From Balanoglossus misakiensis (Eukaryota; Animalia; Hemichordata), in contig CM082578.2 in the NCBI GenBank assembly GCA_040954595.2, positions 8,789,519 to 8,853,518 of the forward strand: 64,000 nucleotides of DNA, read 5' to 3'. The notes under the pieces are model-generated. The model saw only the letters and a list, made by a program, of their open reading frames with translations. It made no database searches and was not told where the DNA came from. Positions 15,201 to 30,200 of the stretch are shown piece by piece (position 1 is the stretch's first letter; each line of letters opens with the position of its first letter). A program made the position numbers and the translations under genes.

Positions 15201-18200
15201 ATTATCAAAAAAAAAAAAAAAAAGAAGAAGACTAAACTGTTGAAAAGTCTCGCTACTTACGCAAAAAAATATCCCAGGACACACGAACAATGCGTGTGTC
15301 AAGCAGATATTAGCCTGTGTTGTCCATCTTGACTTCTTGGAGTTCCAACCTTCCAAACCCTTTTTTGAAGTGGTAGAAACATTATTTACGAGCGTGAAGT
15401 ACAAGCAGTACGGTATGTAACACCTGGGGAAATTACCAAGGGCAACATTGGTGCGCCCATCAAGAGTTATGGCACCTCGTTTCTCTCGTGATTATAGAAA
15501 ACACTCCTCAAATGGCATATCTTTGCATCGATGGTCCTCATTACTCCTCTAGTTATTACTCCCCAATTGCAGAGTCAAAGAATGAACGTCATTGACAGAG
15601 AAAAGTGAGAGGGGTATCATCAAGGCAAAGACCCGAGACTGTAAATCTTCCAAACTGTGATGCAAGCGACAAACTTCACAATCCTACGTCAACTGCCACC
15701 GCAAGGACGCACAGTAGCTCTGCAGCTCAACAGAAAAGGGAGACAGGGACTGTGCCTCTTTTAGAACAGTGCAGACTACCAAGGGTCCATCCACTTACCT
15801 GTACAATAACAGTGGTTGGGAACCAGAAAACACACCCGGCGATCTCAGGCATTTTTTTAAGGATGCGCTTTTGAAACCGACAAAAAAAAAATCTGTTTCT
15901 GAATTGAGTTGCAAATGACAACACAATGTTCCTTCAGAGAGATGGCGGAGGAATCCTTTTCTTTGCCAAATGTTCACATTGGTGGTATCTCTCGCTTTCT
16001 TGAGTTCACAGGCATTTCGACTAAATCACTCCAAGAAGCGCATATCGCACCCACAAATGCTTGTGTTGATTTATAATGAACTGCAGGACAGATCGCGTCA
16101 CACCTGAGCGACCTCCACCACCAGCCTTCAAAAGAGCTTGGAATCCACCGTTTTTCCTTTTATCCTTTTTAGATGGGTACCAGCAGGTTTGGTGCCGAGG
16201 ACAGCACAATGAAGGAACGAGCTGAATGCCTGGATACAGCCTCTTCTGTATGTTTTGCTACATCTGCGATCCCCGAACTGCAGTTAATGTATTCTGAGAT
16301 GCTTTCTCATCTGTTCCGCACGTAAGTATAAGCCTCAGAAAATTTACAGTCCACTTTGACCAATCACCATAAACCACCCGGTTACCCTCGTCATCACACT
16401 CCGAAACCTCTCGTCCCCAATTGGGCGTCCTGTCCTGCGCCAGGGAAGGTGACGGCGGCCAGCAGCTCTGCTCGCCCAGAAATATCGACAATTATCCGTA
16501 ACGGCAATCCGTACGGCAGTCAACAGAGTGACGTCCCGTGTGTGTTCCCTCCGTATGCGGATCGAGGTTTGACAGCAAACAGCTGCAGGGGGAAAAGGGG
16601 GTGACCAATCCTGGTGGCATGCAACACAAAGCAAGCAGAGCGTACGTAGCACAACAAATGCGAGCGATAAAATCAACCCACAGATGCTCAAAGAGCCAAC
16701 ATCTGTGCAGTTCTGGGGGAGAAGAAGCCAGGCTCATGTGTATTTGGATTTCACATCCATGCATGGAGCTGACCACTCGACTGGATCTGCCTGGTGGATG
16801 GATGGGTGGAGTTCAAGCGTGAAGAGCTCTCTGATGAGGGCACGACTTAACTTCCCTTAATTGCAAGCAGCAGGGGTAAGTGTATACACACCATTCACCT
16901 TGACCAGCAAAATATTTACAATTGAGAAGAATCCCCAACGCTGCTAATTAAAATGTTTTCAACCTAACTATTTGACTGTACAAACAAACCCAAGACGCCG
17001 GATTAGTTCAAAAACACTCCCAATGGCCTTTCTTCGCTGAAAATCCCCTGTAGCATCTTCCAGCTAAGCGGCCAAACAGAATCTAAACGATGCAAACAAT
17101 TGAAGGAGGCTTATAGATGGACACTGCCAGTTGCACTAAACAAGCTCTGGAAGGACCCACTAATCCAGAGCTGACTTTGCTTTGAGTGGATAATGCACCG
17201 TATCGCTTCCTCAGTCAAGCTGATGCCTTCCAAAGCACATTTATACGCCAAACAAACCCACAGGCTGTTAATTTGAAATGACAACACAAGCTGTATAGCA
17301 ATTAAATTCAACCTGTCCCACCCATTACAGTACAATGTGTGTTCATTCGCAGAGTCAGCCACCTTTTCTGCGAGTTGGTATCTGCTTACTTAAGCATCAA
17401 GTCAGACTTAATGAAGGAGCAACAGAGAATGCTCAAGGCAAAATTACGGAGATAACTTGCTACATCAAATAAACCAAACAAAGTATCAATGGTTTTTATT
17501 TCTTTCCCCCTACCAGCAGTAGTCAGGTGACTTGGATTTGTACTCTCACTCGACAAGGGAGCTGAACTTGAAACTTGACACACAGTGATTGAGGTAAGAA
17601 GTTTCATCCTGTACTCCGACTGTTGCTTTACATAGAGCAATGGGAACCCTGGTCAATGCCAGGGGAACACCGGTAACATTTACCTATTGTACCTCCATTA
17701 ACTGCTCCACATTCTGAGTTCCACAATAAGGCATTTCTCAGCATAAATTTAACATGCCCAGGTTAAACAGGACTCTCACGTTCTGAAGACACACACATCA
17801 CAAAAGCTGAGAAATTCAACAAATCGTACAATTTTAACTGTGAAATTACGGCTTCACAATTTTTGGAATTCCTTGGGCACCCTTTTATTTGGGAGATTTG
17901 TCATCACCAGGCCGGTATAATCACCCGTGGGAAACTTTACCCTAAGTGCAATGTTTCAAATCTATCAGCAACTCTCTCCCGTCAGTTCTATTTTCTTCAA
18001 GATGTTAATAGGACGAGCTGGACAAACAACCGCGGCTATTTTCACATAGTCCTGTTTTGGGTTAGCTAAATATATATGACATATAGTCTTCTAGATGCGT
18101 GTTACAATTTCCTGTCACAGTCCCTTTTTAAGCTGTTGTTTATTACAAACTTGAAAAAAAAGACTTGCAGATGTTGATTTCAATCTCTTCAGAAGTTTCA

Positions 18201-21200
18201 CTATAGCATGTAGCTACTACCAAAATTTATCTTTGAGCTGTCCAGAATTACAGTCATACACTATGTGTAAATAAATTGTAGACACCATGCAAGAACAGAT
18301 TTCAGATTTTCTGCTCAACATGCCAGCATACGTTCTATGAACCTTAACCAATACCAAAGGACTTCAAACTATACTCTTCCATGAAGTATAGGATAACATT
18401 TGCTCCTAAAAACTAATTACTCACTGGTATCTGTGAGATTTATGTGAATTTTTCACCATGAATTTAACCTTAATGACTGTGCATTGACACTTAAACCTCA
18501 GAGGGAGAAGTGCGTTAAAATAAGATTTAAAGTCGACATTTGGCAGCGATATGCAGGTTGGTCATAAAACATCATGATGAGATCTGGGTTTTCATGTCAA
18601 GGGCAAGAAGATGTCCACCATACTTCATGTGATGTAAAAATTCTCTCACTTTATGTTGTTTTTCTATTATTTTTATTATTCAGAAATAATTCATTTTCAC
18701 TTGCTCACCTGGCCAACTTTTACTGTAGGGGGAGGGGGTATGTTACTTAGCCCCCATCCAATCTCTCCCTGCTTGTGTAATCATTTTACTATAAAGTGTG
18801 TGCTATCTGCTATCTACAGTAATTCTATCTACTGATATCTAACCCTATACAACATCAGTATCATCTACAAGTTGCATTCTTATCTTGAACCGCAGTTCAC
18901 ATTTTACACTTTCAATCAAATGACAAGCTGAGGCCCATCCATGTTCAGGGGTTCAAGTTCGACTATCGACAAATTACTAGTAGACAAGTTGGTGATTTAA
19001 AAATCTTTCTTCCCTTTTTTTCTCTCACTGAACTTTATCATACTTTTTTTACTTTCTCTTTTTGAAAACAAATCAAGACAAGAGACAGCAGGAGGATGGG
19101 ATGGCTGAAATGATTGGAAAATTCACCATTTTTAATCCCTGCTAACCAAGGCTGTCCCTTGTGGTTGCTTGGTACGAAGGTTTGCCACAAATGAATGGAA
19201 TGTGGCGGCGTTATCCCATCGCCCTGGTTACCCCCAGCGATGAAATCCATGGATACCAGGCCGGAGTCTCTTGAGCTCACGCAGCTACAAAAAGAACACA
19301 CCGGTTTAAACGGTAGTCCCATCAATCCCAAACTGCTTTGCAAGTAAACCGCTTACATCACTTCCTTTAAATGCTACAAGCTAGCTATTATAAACTGTCT
19401 GTTCGCAATTGGTGCCAGGTAAAGTTCTTTCAATGTTACTCCGAGCAGACCCCACCAATTCGAATCTGGGGCCTGTTCGAATTCTTTGGCCATATCGCTG
19501 CTCTTAACTTTGGCTCTGTAGCCTGATATCGGCAATCATTGCCGATAGATAAATGTTCTGACCCAGAAAGAAAAATGCCGACCCTGGCAATTTTAAGAGG
19601 CCCAGGCTGTTATCATCGGATGTGATAATGACCTTAACAAAAATCTGACCTTGGCAATAATGCTATCAGTGAGAGTTGTTGCAAATGTGCCAATCCAGAG
19701 TAATTGGTGATGTGATGCCCTTCCCTTTGACCTTGTGCCAATTTTAGAATGCTGGGGCAGGTCAAGTTTGTTATTTGGATCAAGAGTTAGCTGAATTAGA
19801 GCACATTGCTCCTACATATTGTATTTCTGCCAGTATCTTACATAAAATATGGGCACTCGTTAATTTATAGGTTTTTTTTCTTTACAAGAAATTCCAGTGT
19901 TAATTGCAGAGGATAAAATTGATCACAGAAAACAAATTGGTGTGCATTGGGCTTGTGTTGACGGCCTCTACAGTTTAAACCAAATCAGTTACAATTTAAA
20001 TCCAGCCCAAAATTAGCAAAAAGCATCTGTGCTGTGATACTTATTAGTTTTCACATTCCATTCAAAATAGAACACAAGCTGTGATTGGCTCGTGTCAATG
20101 GCAGGACATAATTCTGATATCAGTAAACAAATTTCAACAAAATGCTTTCAAAATTTTAATCTTGTCTGAATTTACTGTGCTGTTAAATCATAAAATAAGT
20201 GAACAATGTTATTGTGGCCTGTAGCCATGACAACCAACTTGAGATGAAGTGAAACTTTCAAAAATGAATTTCAGTCCAAAATATCAAGGTTAAAGTGTGA
20301 GTGAAGAGTGTTTTCATTGTTGAATTTTCTTCAGTGATTATTTATAAAGCTGGCATTAAAATATTTTAAAGGCAATAAGACTTGAAATACCGCCATTATC
20401 ACATATACGCCAAGAAAAGGTCCTCCCCCCTCCAGGCACTGGTGAAATATGAGCAAGAAACACAAGTCCCATCTTGTGACCTAAACATCTTGGGAACAAA
20501 TCGAATCACTGCACCTGGCATGCTAAATTTCCCAACATGACTGCATGGTAGAAACGAAGAGATCCACGCTAGCTATTGCGTCTGACAAATGAACATTCAG
20601 GGAATTCTCATACACACTGAGCATGCCATATCGTAGCGGATTAGGGTTTACGACACACGCAGCTGTGGGGACGAAGTAACGTTCTATCAGTGTGGGGGAA
20701 AATCACACAAAGTAATATTTCTAAACATCTGCCCTTTAGATGATCCAGTAAGCATTCCAATCTGGATGTTTTGTTCTATATATTGCTTCAGATTTTACTA
20801 AAAATGAACTTATAAAAGGCTCTTGCTGTTTGGGGGACTTCAACAAGACCACAAAATTCAACATGGATACTGCTCTGGGAGGCCCTGGCTGAAACTAATC
20901 CCTGAGTGCCACCCCAAGTAAAAATATTCAGATTATCTTATCCCGTAGGTCATATAAGTTGTCTTATTGGTCATACAATACGCGGTAATTATGGATTCTG
21001 AGCTGACCACAAGCAACGGCAGTTCAGATTTATTAGCGCTGTCTGCCCCACAGGCAAATATTTCAAGCAGTTCTCGTCGAAAAAAAAGTATCGTTTTCCC
21101 CGACATGATGTATCTCAATTTCTTAATCTGCAGCTGTTTAGAGGCACTTTCTTCTCCAACTTCCAGACCACACTTCACAGAAAATATTTCTGCATGATCC

Positions 21201-24200
21201 CCAAATATCTGACAATGTATCCCTCATCCCTTTTTCTTTACGCAGAGCGGAAGAAGAGTGGAAAACGACCGGACTTAGCGGTGTTCACTGTCAGGCTGGC
21301 ACTGCAGGACGCAGAGACATCATTACGTGGAGGAATTTATGAATCAACACAGTCTTTAGATGACGACCTTACACGCCAAGAGACATGGGCATGTTATTCA
21401 GGCTTGTAAAAAAAAATGCAAATCACCAGGACAGTTAGACCACAAATTTTTCCAACAGGGGAATGCCATTACATTTCAAAATAAACACCATGAGTTTAAT
21501 TGCCGCATGTCTAGACTAATTATAACTATCTATCAGTATAATGAAAGACAAACACAAACAATCTCCTGATTATATCTAAAGATGACCTGAAAAAACTGTT
21601 CACTGATTATTTTTTACTTTGCAGTACTTTCAGTGCTTATCTCTGGAACAGAAAGCCTGAAGAGTGAACTCTACAGGACCTTTAATACAACAGCAACCCC
21701 TCCCCTCCCAAAAAAGAATAGCAAGTTACATGTATGTAGGGTGTTTTGAAGAGAGACAAATCTGTTGATGAGTCTACTTCAAGTGAGAAGTCTGATAGGT
21801 AAGGATTTAGATTCCTTATAAGAAGAATACTAGAATCAACTTCCAAATGTCACTGAACTTCACATTCCGTTTGAAAATAATTACATGTAGTTGGGCGAGA
21901 CCGATCAAACTCTGGCATTGTCATTCCCTCATCTTGTTCAACTAACTAGGGAACCACGGCGGCTATATATAAATACATGTACAACTAGGTTGTACACGTA
22001 CGCCGAATGTCATTCGAGGCACATTTCATATCCGACAGAGACATGAGTCCTATTACAGCAAATTGTCTCAGCATCACTGGCATTTCATGTTGCGGTTGGC
22101 CGACACGGTGTAAAGTGGGCCCGATTTCAGCAGGCCAGGCTTTAGTCGTTTTTTCCCCTTACAGATGCAGACGGTCGGCCGTGGGAGTCGATTACCTCAT
22201 AAAATCTTGTAAGCAGGGCATTCATGCATGCAGAGCATGCCCAATATGGAAGTGGAAAAATCTCCGGCCATTTTGGCTAGTGGTGGATTCGTCCAAAACA
22301 CTCAGTTCAGTTACAACTCCCCCAGGAACCGGAGAAATTTCAGCCGGCAATCCACGGCTATTCCGTAAAAACCGCCTGGAACGCGAAACTATAGTACGAC
22401 TGAAATGGAAAACAGTTTTCACATGCAAACACGACATAGTGTAGCTCCCCATTCCTTCAGAAACTCTGCCAACAGACAAGACATAAAAAGGGTTGGCCCC
22501 ATAAAAGTTTACCACCATGAAAATTGGATTTGACAGCAACTTTGATTTTGATAACCCCCTAGAGGACAATGCCAGATGTTGTTTGTGTAAGATGAGATTA
22601 GCTCCATAAATTTCCACCTGAAATCCGATTAACTCTTCAGATACGGCACTCAAAAACAAAAATGAATGAGCCAGTCATCTTTTCGAGTCGACCGGCACAA
22701 AATGAACATATCCTTATAGGGGGAGGCATAAATGCTCCCTGTATACAAAACGAAGACAGTACGTGCCAAGCAGCCGGTATGGACTGTTGTTGCTTATGAG
22801 AAGCATTAGGATTATAAGGAGGGCCAAAATGTTGTGAAATTATAAACAGAGGTGGCAGAGGGCCACAACCACCTATCCATCACACATGGAGGAGAAGACG
22901 AGAGTCATTATCGGTGAAAAAAACCTACCTACCAATAAAAATCCTGTGTTGATTCAATGGAATAAACAAAATGTCCACTCGGAAATAAACGAGCAAGGCT
23001 CCGGGCCTACGAGGTCTTCATCCAAAGAAGGTTCAAAATTCCTGAGGTTAGCACTAAGTTCTCTGCTGCAGGACGGGCGGAAAAAAATCCTCCGGTCAAA
23101 TTCAGTGATAATCCAAGAAAGATTTTAAAAGAGTTTTGGGATCTGGAGGGAGACCAGTTGTCTGAGATGAATTTGACACGAGAGAACAAGTGATGGCTTG
23201 CGACGGAGCGAGGCTAGGCAAGGCAAGGCCCACTGGTTTGACATTTACGTAGTAGTTGAGAGAAGGACTGGTATCGGGGAGGGGTGAGAGTTGACGGATG
23301 CCTAATGTATGATCCAATCCGCCAGCCCAAATATGTCCTTTTGAGCGAGCGAGAGAAGAGGCCACGAAGAGGACGGTTCCCGCATAAATTGAATCAGAAA
23401 CGTGAGACGGTCGCTGGTATGCTGCAGATGGATTGTCAACTGCGGGGACCGACATCTAAACAAGCCACATTTCATCTTCTCCGGGTCTCTCTCATCTCCT
23501 AACAGAGGAGACGATACGGCCGGCATAGAAACAGGAATGCCACGCACCGCTAAAAAGGGCAAATAATCTGGCTATCTTTGAAATTATCTCATTTTTTTAT
23601 CAAACGTTTACTCCCTTCATAATTGCCAATAAAAGTGGATTCTGATAAAACTCCATTTTTTATCAGCATGACCAGTGTGCAATTAAAATTCACATTTCCA
23701 TAAATACCCCCGGAACAAGACAACCAGAGTGCCAACTTTCGCATAAAACATAATCACTTCAAATATTTGTTTCATGGGGTGTCACAGTATCATCTCCGCT
23801 AAAGCAGACATCAGATCAATTTTTATCAGTCCATGCCTGTCTTTTATTTTACTGTTATAATAACATGTCATCCTTCAGACAGAGAGGCCATAAAAATTAT
23901 GACATTTAACCAGGCATGAGGGTTGCTGAGTCTGGGTATTTTTTTACAGTCATTCTTGAAAGGACATCGAGATAACAAAACAGGCCATCTTGCAAGACTA
24001 AAAATACCACCATACCTCGAGTTCTAGACTCTCGACAAGGCGTCTGTGACACTGACAGAGCTCTGCACGCCGTTTCTGTCGTGTCGTGTTTGTACATGTA
24101 GGTATAACAGTTCTCGAGATGACATACTCCCCCATAAACGGGCTGCTATGCTGAACGAAAGATTTTGCATTGGAGTAGTTAGCAAGCTGCCATTGCAGAA

Positions 24201-27200
24201 TATAACGTTTCCTAATGGACGGCCCTGTCAGCTATTCCAAGTAACATGTTCGACAAGTGATACAGAACACAAACAGCTGAACATTTCTCTGTCTAGTCAT
24301 CATTCCTGCTTCACCAAATTCTATCATTTAATATCGAGTATCATTGAATTATCAATTTAAGACTCCTAACTGTTTTTCGAGCTCATGCATGAGCTCAGAT
24401 TCAAATCAATTGGGCATGTATATTTTACATTCCAAAGGGTGGAAGTTACTGCCTAAAAAAGATGACACTGCATCATTGTCCAATGATGTACTGAGTTTTA
24501 TACTTTTTTATCTGTATACAGTAAACTCTCAAAGAAGATCTAATGACAGGAGAAGCAGAAATTCCTTTCTACAATAAAAACAAGTCTGTACAGGGGAAAC
24601 CCCTTGCAAATTGTAATTGATGACCTTTTTCAGAAATCCTCCCAAGCTCATGTAATCCCTCAGAACATTTTTTTTCTTGATAGATTGTGAAGACATCCAA
24701 GGTATCTGCTCAGCAAAACCCACGAAATCATCTTTAGTCACGACTACATGCTTCAAAAGATCCCTAAGAAGTGTTGGCATTCCACTTGGAGCTGGGAAAT
24801 ACTGTCAGCTGTCATGCTCGTATTACTAGTAAAGCCACAGTGATTAGACAAAAAATCCTTGTCACTCTCTCCTGGTTTATAGCCATTTAACAACCTCCGG
24901 AAGGATTGCCACAACTAAATGCAGATGGTCCAATTAATAAAATCATCAGAGTCATAATTGGCCATACGATATGACCCACCCCTGGTGCGTTTGGCCGAAC
25001 TCTGACCCCCGCGACCTTTTGATATCCGCACTGAAACCTCATCTGACCTTGACATTGCCAGTAAATCAATACAACCACATAAGAGCGAGACTAGCTAGTA
25101 CTTGAACTGGATCCTTGATCAGAACTTTGTCCTATTGCTATGCTGCTGCTTATAGAAAATTAGAATTTTCTCCTCCCCCACAGCCACGCGCAGAAACTGA
25201 GCAAATGTGCAGAGTACGTGACTGGGCCAAACTCCTCAGCAATGAAACTTAAGAACACATCATGCCACCTCTGCTACGAAACTGTTTCACTGTTTGCACA
25301 CTGCACAGACATCCATCCCCTCTTGTAGTCCTCTCTGCCTTAAAAGGCAAATTTCCCCCGATCTCCGTGGCAACCCGACTTTAGTTGCTAAGTTTAAGTG
25401 AGCCCGGTGAAATGTATCTGCCATCTGCTAGCCCTGTAGTTCACTTGAAGCTAACCCCAAGATGAGAACGTCATTTGGTTTGGAACGATGTGCTGAGTTT
25501 GGGCGGAGGAATATCGTTTCCCAGTGGTGCTGGGACGAAATATTAGATATGAAATGAAGAAAATGGGGATGTATTATCCAATTAGAACAGTAAAATTACT
25601 GCTATTCCTGCCAGTAACATAAACATTCCTGTCATATTTCAAGCATACTGTTTCTACCAGCGGAGTTCAGCATTTTTAATGCATCCCCCGTATCACTGCA
25701 AAATCTTAGTTCAACAAGGGGACAGATTGGTTCGCACAACATGCTTGACCCCCCTGACCTTGGACGGCTTTTCTAGACTTAAAAAAAGCTGGTTGGTTGT
25801 GTGAATGCCGGAAAATGCAATGCAATGTGATGTCATGGTGCTGCGATGTCGTTTGGCTGACTGTAAGCGTTTGAATTCCCTGAAGAAAATTCGCAGACGT
25901 TTTATGCACCTAGACACCTGGCAGAGCCTGTCACTCCCACGGCAGTGTGTCACTACTCATAGTGGCAGCTCTAGGCCTGCTCTGCTGTACTTTCATTGGA
26001 TCATTTTCTTAGAATACAATGGTAAAATATACTCTGGACAATGTCGAATGGGTACTATGCATTGTTGTTTACAAGAACAGGAATCCATTTGCCCCTACGA
26101 AACACACCACAAACAATTTTCTCTCCCATGGAGGCCAAGGCAGAAAGTTGATATGAAAACCATCCACTGATACAGACACGAAAAGAAAAAAGACCTGGGA
26201 GTGATTTATAAAACTGTGTACATAAGGCGTATGATTGACTTGATGGATTGTGACACTTAACGCGTATCGAATCAAAATTAAATCCAATATAGAAAGTGCG
26301 ATGATGAAACAGGAGAGTGAAAGATGGCTATGACTTGACCCGACAATAATTGGTTTGTTTTATTGCCCTATGCATCACTTTGACAGAGACTGAATTTGAA
26401 GAGCCTCCCTTTTCTTTCTCTCTCTACAACCATATGCAAATTTGAATAGGTCACATGATGCTGTTTTCTTTCAACGCCTCACACCCATCCAACTACGCCC
26501 AGCCTAAACTATTGTCAGCTATAAACATATAATGGGTTAGGCTTCGAATTCTTCAACCTACAGTTTATAACTCATCTCTGTATTTATGTCCAAACATCCA
26601 AGACTTTTTTCCAAATTTCTAAAACAGTCTGTGAAAACTACAATGTACATGTATGAGTTTACCACTGTCTGGGTGTAATCAGTACTACTTTAAGAATAAC
26701 TTCAGTTGTACTTTTTCATTGTCAATTTTTTTTCATAGAAAAACAATGAATAACTTCAGTGGATAGCAGCCAGCTAGCTTCCCTTGTTGGTTAAAACATG
26801 CACAACAGAACAGCACACTCAAATGTGTTATTGGCAATAAGCAAAACTACGAAGTGCCCTACCTGTCATCTCTTCGGTTTACAACAAGACCGCAGATTCC
26901 CTGAAGCAATTATCTTTCCAAGACCCACTTGGTGTTTCAACCTACACTTATCCGATCACGAAAGTGGACAGCATGGATAAAATCCTCACTTCCAACCTAC
27001 ACCCACTTGATATCCAACGTTTAGGCCAATCAAAACAATGGTACCAACATCACATGAAAATTTTCTGCCAAAAATACTGTTGGATTCTCGCATAACAATT
27101 TGACAGGCCGACGGTCAAACTGCTTTTGAGGGTCTTAGTGCTTCTAACCAACAGTTTAATTCTTTACACTAAACTTAAACCTAACTTTTTATTATATTTT

Positions 27201-30200
27201 ACAGCCTGTTTTGTCAAGAGCCTATTTGATCAAAAGCCAACACCTAAATGTTCCACAATAAAACTGTCTGACCCTGTAAAACCATCCTATTATATTCAGT
27301 TGTGTGTGAGAAACAAAAAGGGCTGCTGTCCATTTGGACTGCTATTATGCCGAACAGGGGGTGTCAAGCCTTGGCCCTATCATCACCAATGCACAATCCT
27401 CCAGACACAACACCCTGTCACATGTTAAAACACATCTCTGATCGTGAAAACATACAGTATATTTCGGAAGATGTGGTTGTTTGAAATTAAAAGCAACTGA
27501 TATATAACTAACTGAGATGCGACTACAAGCTTAACATTCCAGTTCATTTTACAGAGAAGTGATACACATCATTAACGAGGAAAGAACTGAAAAAAATGCA
27601 ATATTTCTGTAATAAAAATCAATATCACCATCACATGCATTGTTTTCTTATTTATTAATTAATGAAAAGTTTTTGTGATATATGTTCTTTTTGTCGTAAA
27701 AATATTCAAGACCCTGCACAATAAATGTTCTTGTAATCGTAAAAATATTCAAGAGCTGTATCGCGGAGCTGTTTGGGTATTTCCATTGACAGTTTAACTA
27801 CAACTGTGCTATTTCAGGAATCTGCTACTGCAATAAAAAATCTGACTTGATGACAAGTTGCAAAGATTTTCATCTTGTCTTCATACATCGATAAATTGAC
27901 ATTTTTCCCTTTTTGGGTTTAATACTCCTTTGAAATTTTTGTGTTTTTTTTATCCACGCTGAAGTAGTTTTAAATACTTGAACTTAATGTACTATGTTCC
28001 AATAAATAAATGTCGGATTATCTCACAGATTAACTTTGCCTTTTTTTCCATTTTTTTTTCTTCATCTGAAATACTAAGCCTACACAGCAATGTCACTTCT
28101 TATGGAGAAGATTTATGTTGTTTCAAATGACCGTTTCAAATTTCTGTTCAAACTCTGATGCCCCTCTAAGTTTAACTTGAGTAGCTACATGTACGTGCCA
28201 GACAGTATGTTGGAAACCGGTTGTTTTTGTTGCTGTTCTAAAAATCCATCTGTACATATTCAAGTTATGGTATGTGTGCCATTCTACTCCCAGCAGAGGG
28301 CACGTCTGCCTCATAAATTTAATCCCTTTCAGAGTTTCCATAAAAAGCCAGCACGAATAGCTTTAATTAATATGGCCGATCTGATTCCATCTTCTCTGCA
28401 GAGGAAGCAGGGGGTCTAAGGGATTCAATGGCCTAGCTGATGACAGGCACCACGAGAGGGCGCTATTCAGATTCAAGTTTAACTCTCAGTCACTTGTGTT
28501 GCCACTGGTGATGTATCGCACAGGTCAAACAAGGTTGAAAACCTAGACGATGAACGTTTTTGTTTCTAACCGTTCCATTCTGCTCTAAGTTTCATTCTGG
28601 CAGCCAAAATATTTGAACTCGGGGGTAGATTTGGAATTTGTGAGTGAACTCTGGTGGAATAAAGAAAGTCATATTTACAATTTTAAATTTCAGCATGTAC
28701 AGTCTACGAACAAATTTTAAGGTACAGTGCTGCACCACACTGTACTGCAATTGCAACACTCCACACCTCTGATTTTCTGACCTTGACATTGCTAGGAAAC
28801 CAACTATTGGGTAGCCAGTGATCTTCTTGGTTCTTCTTGATATCGAGATTTGCACGCAGCTTTGACGTTTTCGACATGACTGGGTCTTCACAGAATGGTT
28901 TTCTACAAAACCTGCTACCACACTTGTGCCCTGAACTTTGGTCAAGTGTTGTTAGTTTTTTTTTTACTTCAAATTTGGCATGTAAAAACGTGGATACCAG
29001 ACACGATCACTACTTTGATCAGTGTCACAATTTAACTTGAACTTTAACCTCTGGCCGTTCAATGTCCCATGCTCAGTTTGACAGGGCTGAGTTAGTTCAG
29101 AGTGCTAAATTTGGCTGATATCTCTTCAAAACATGTGATATGATGAAACACATTGACCTAGAATTATTTGCACCAAAAACAAGAAAATCAGCAATGACAA
29201 TGTATTTTATGGGGACAGCAATAAAGTTTTCTAGTAACTTAAACACATTTTTTTTTCTGAACTAACAATATAAAGAACTTACATTTGGCATGCACCTTCA
29301 ATTATCAAATTCAACTTTCATTCATGACAGTATAAATTGGGGTCTCATAGCTAAACTAAATTACCTTTAAGTTTACTTTTTTTTAAAAACCCCTCCAAAT
29401 ATCAGAAATTTATTCAGGTGTACTATGCATTTGACAATGAACAGACAGCTTATTGGGTTGTGGACATTTTATGATTTTTACAAATCGCTTATTTTTTGGG
29501 GGAAATAGGACCTACACTTCATTGTCTCTTGTTACATCGTGTCAAAACCGGTCAGATTTTCACTTATAGCCTCTTGTCACCACTTACCTGGGGTACCAAG
29601 TCCTTCAAATTCCTTTTTTTCTGAGATCAACTTTTGCAGACCAGAAATAACTCCGGAAGAAGACGTATATCATAAGAGCCGGTATGATGACAGAGTAATT
29701 TGTAGATAGCAATAGAAACAGCTACTGTTACAAACGAGGGGAGCTCTCATGGCTGGCTGAACACGTAATGACATACCTACAAATCTTACACGTACCCAAT
29801 ATGCACATGTTATAATTATAATTCATGATGGGATTATTTCAGACACACTAAGGGGACCCGTTTTTAAACAAGTAAAAGTCATCTTAACTTTACACAAATT
29901 TTTCACTCAACTCAAGACGGTGTAGACATTTATGCCACTAAGAAGCAATTGGTGTTATTGAATTATCCCCATAGTGATAGCACAGTTTGGCAGCCATATT
30001 GGATTTCATTCATAACAAATAATGTGATATATTTGGATTTAACACTTTTCTAAAATGTTTACTAAAAGTGTGGTTGAGAATTGCATAATATGACTCAATA
30101 CAAAGTCACCACAGTGACAGAGGTAAAAGGGCCACTTTCGATTTTACTTGTGTTTCGCTTTTAACTTTGCAAAGATTTTTCTGAAAACAATTACACCTAT

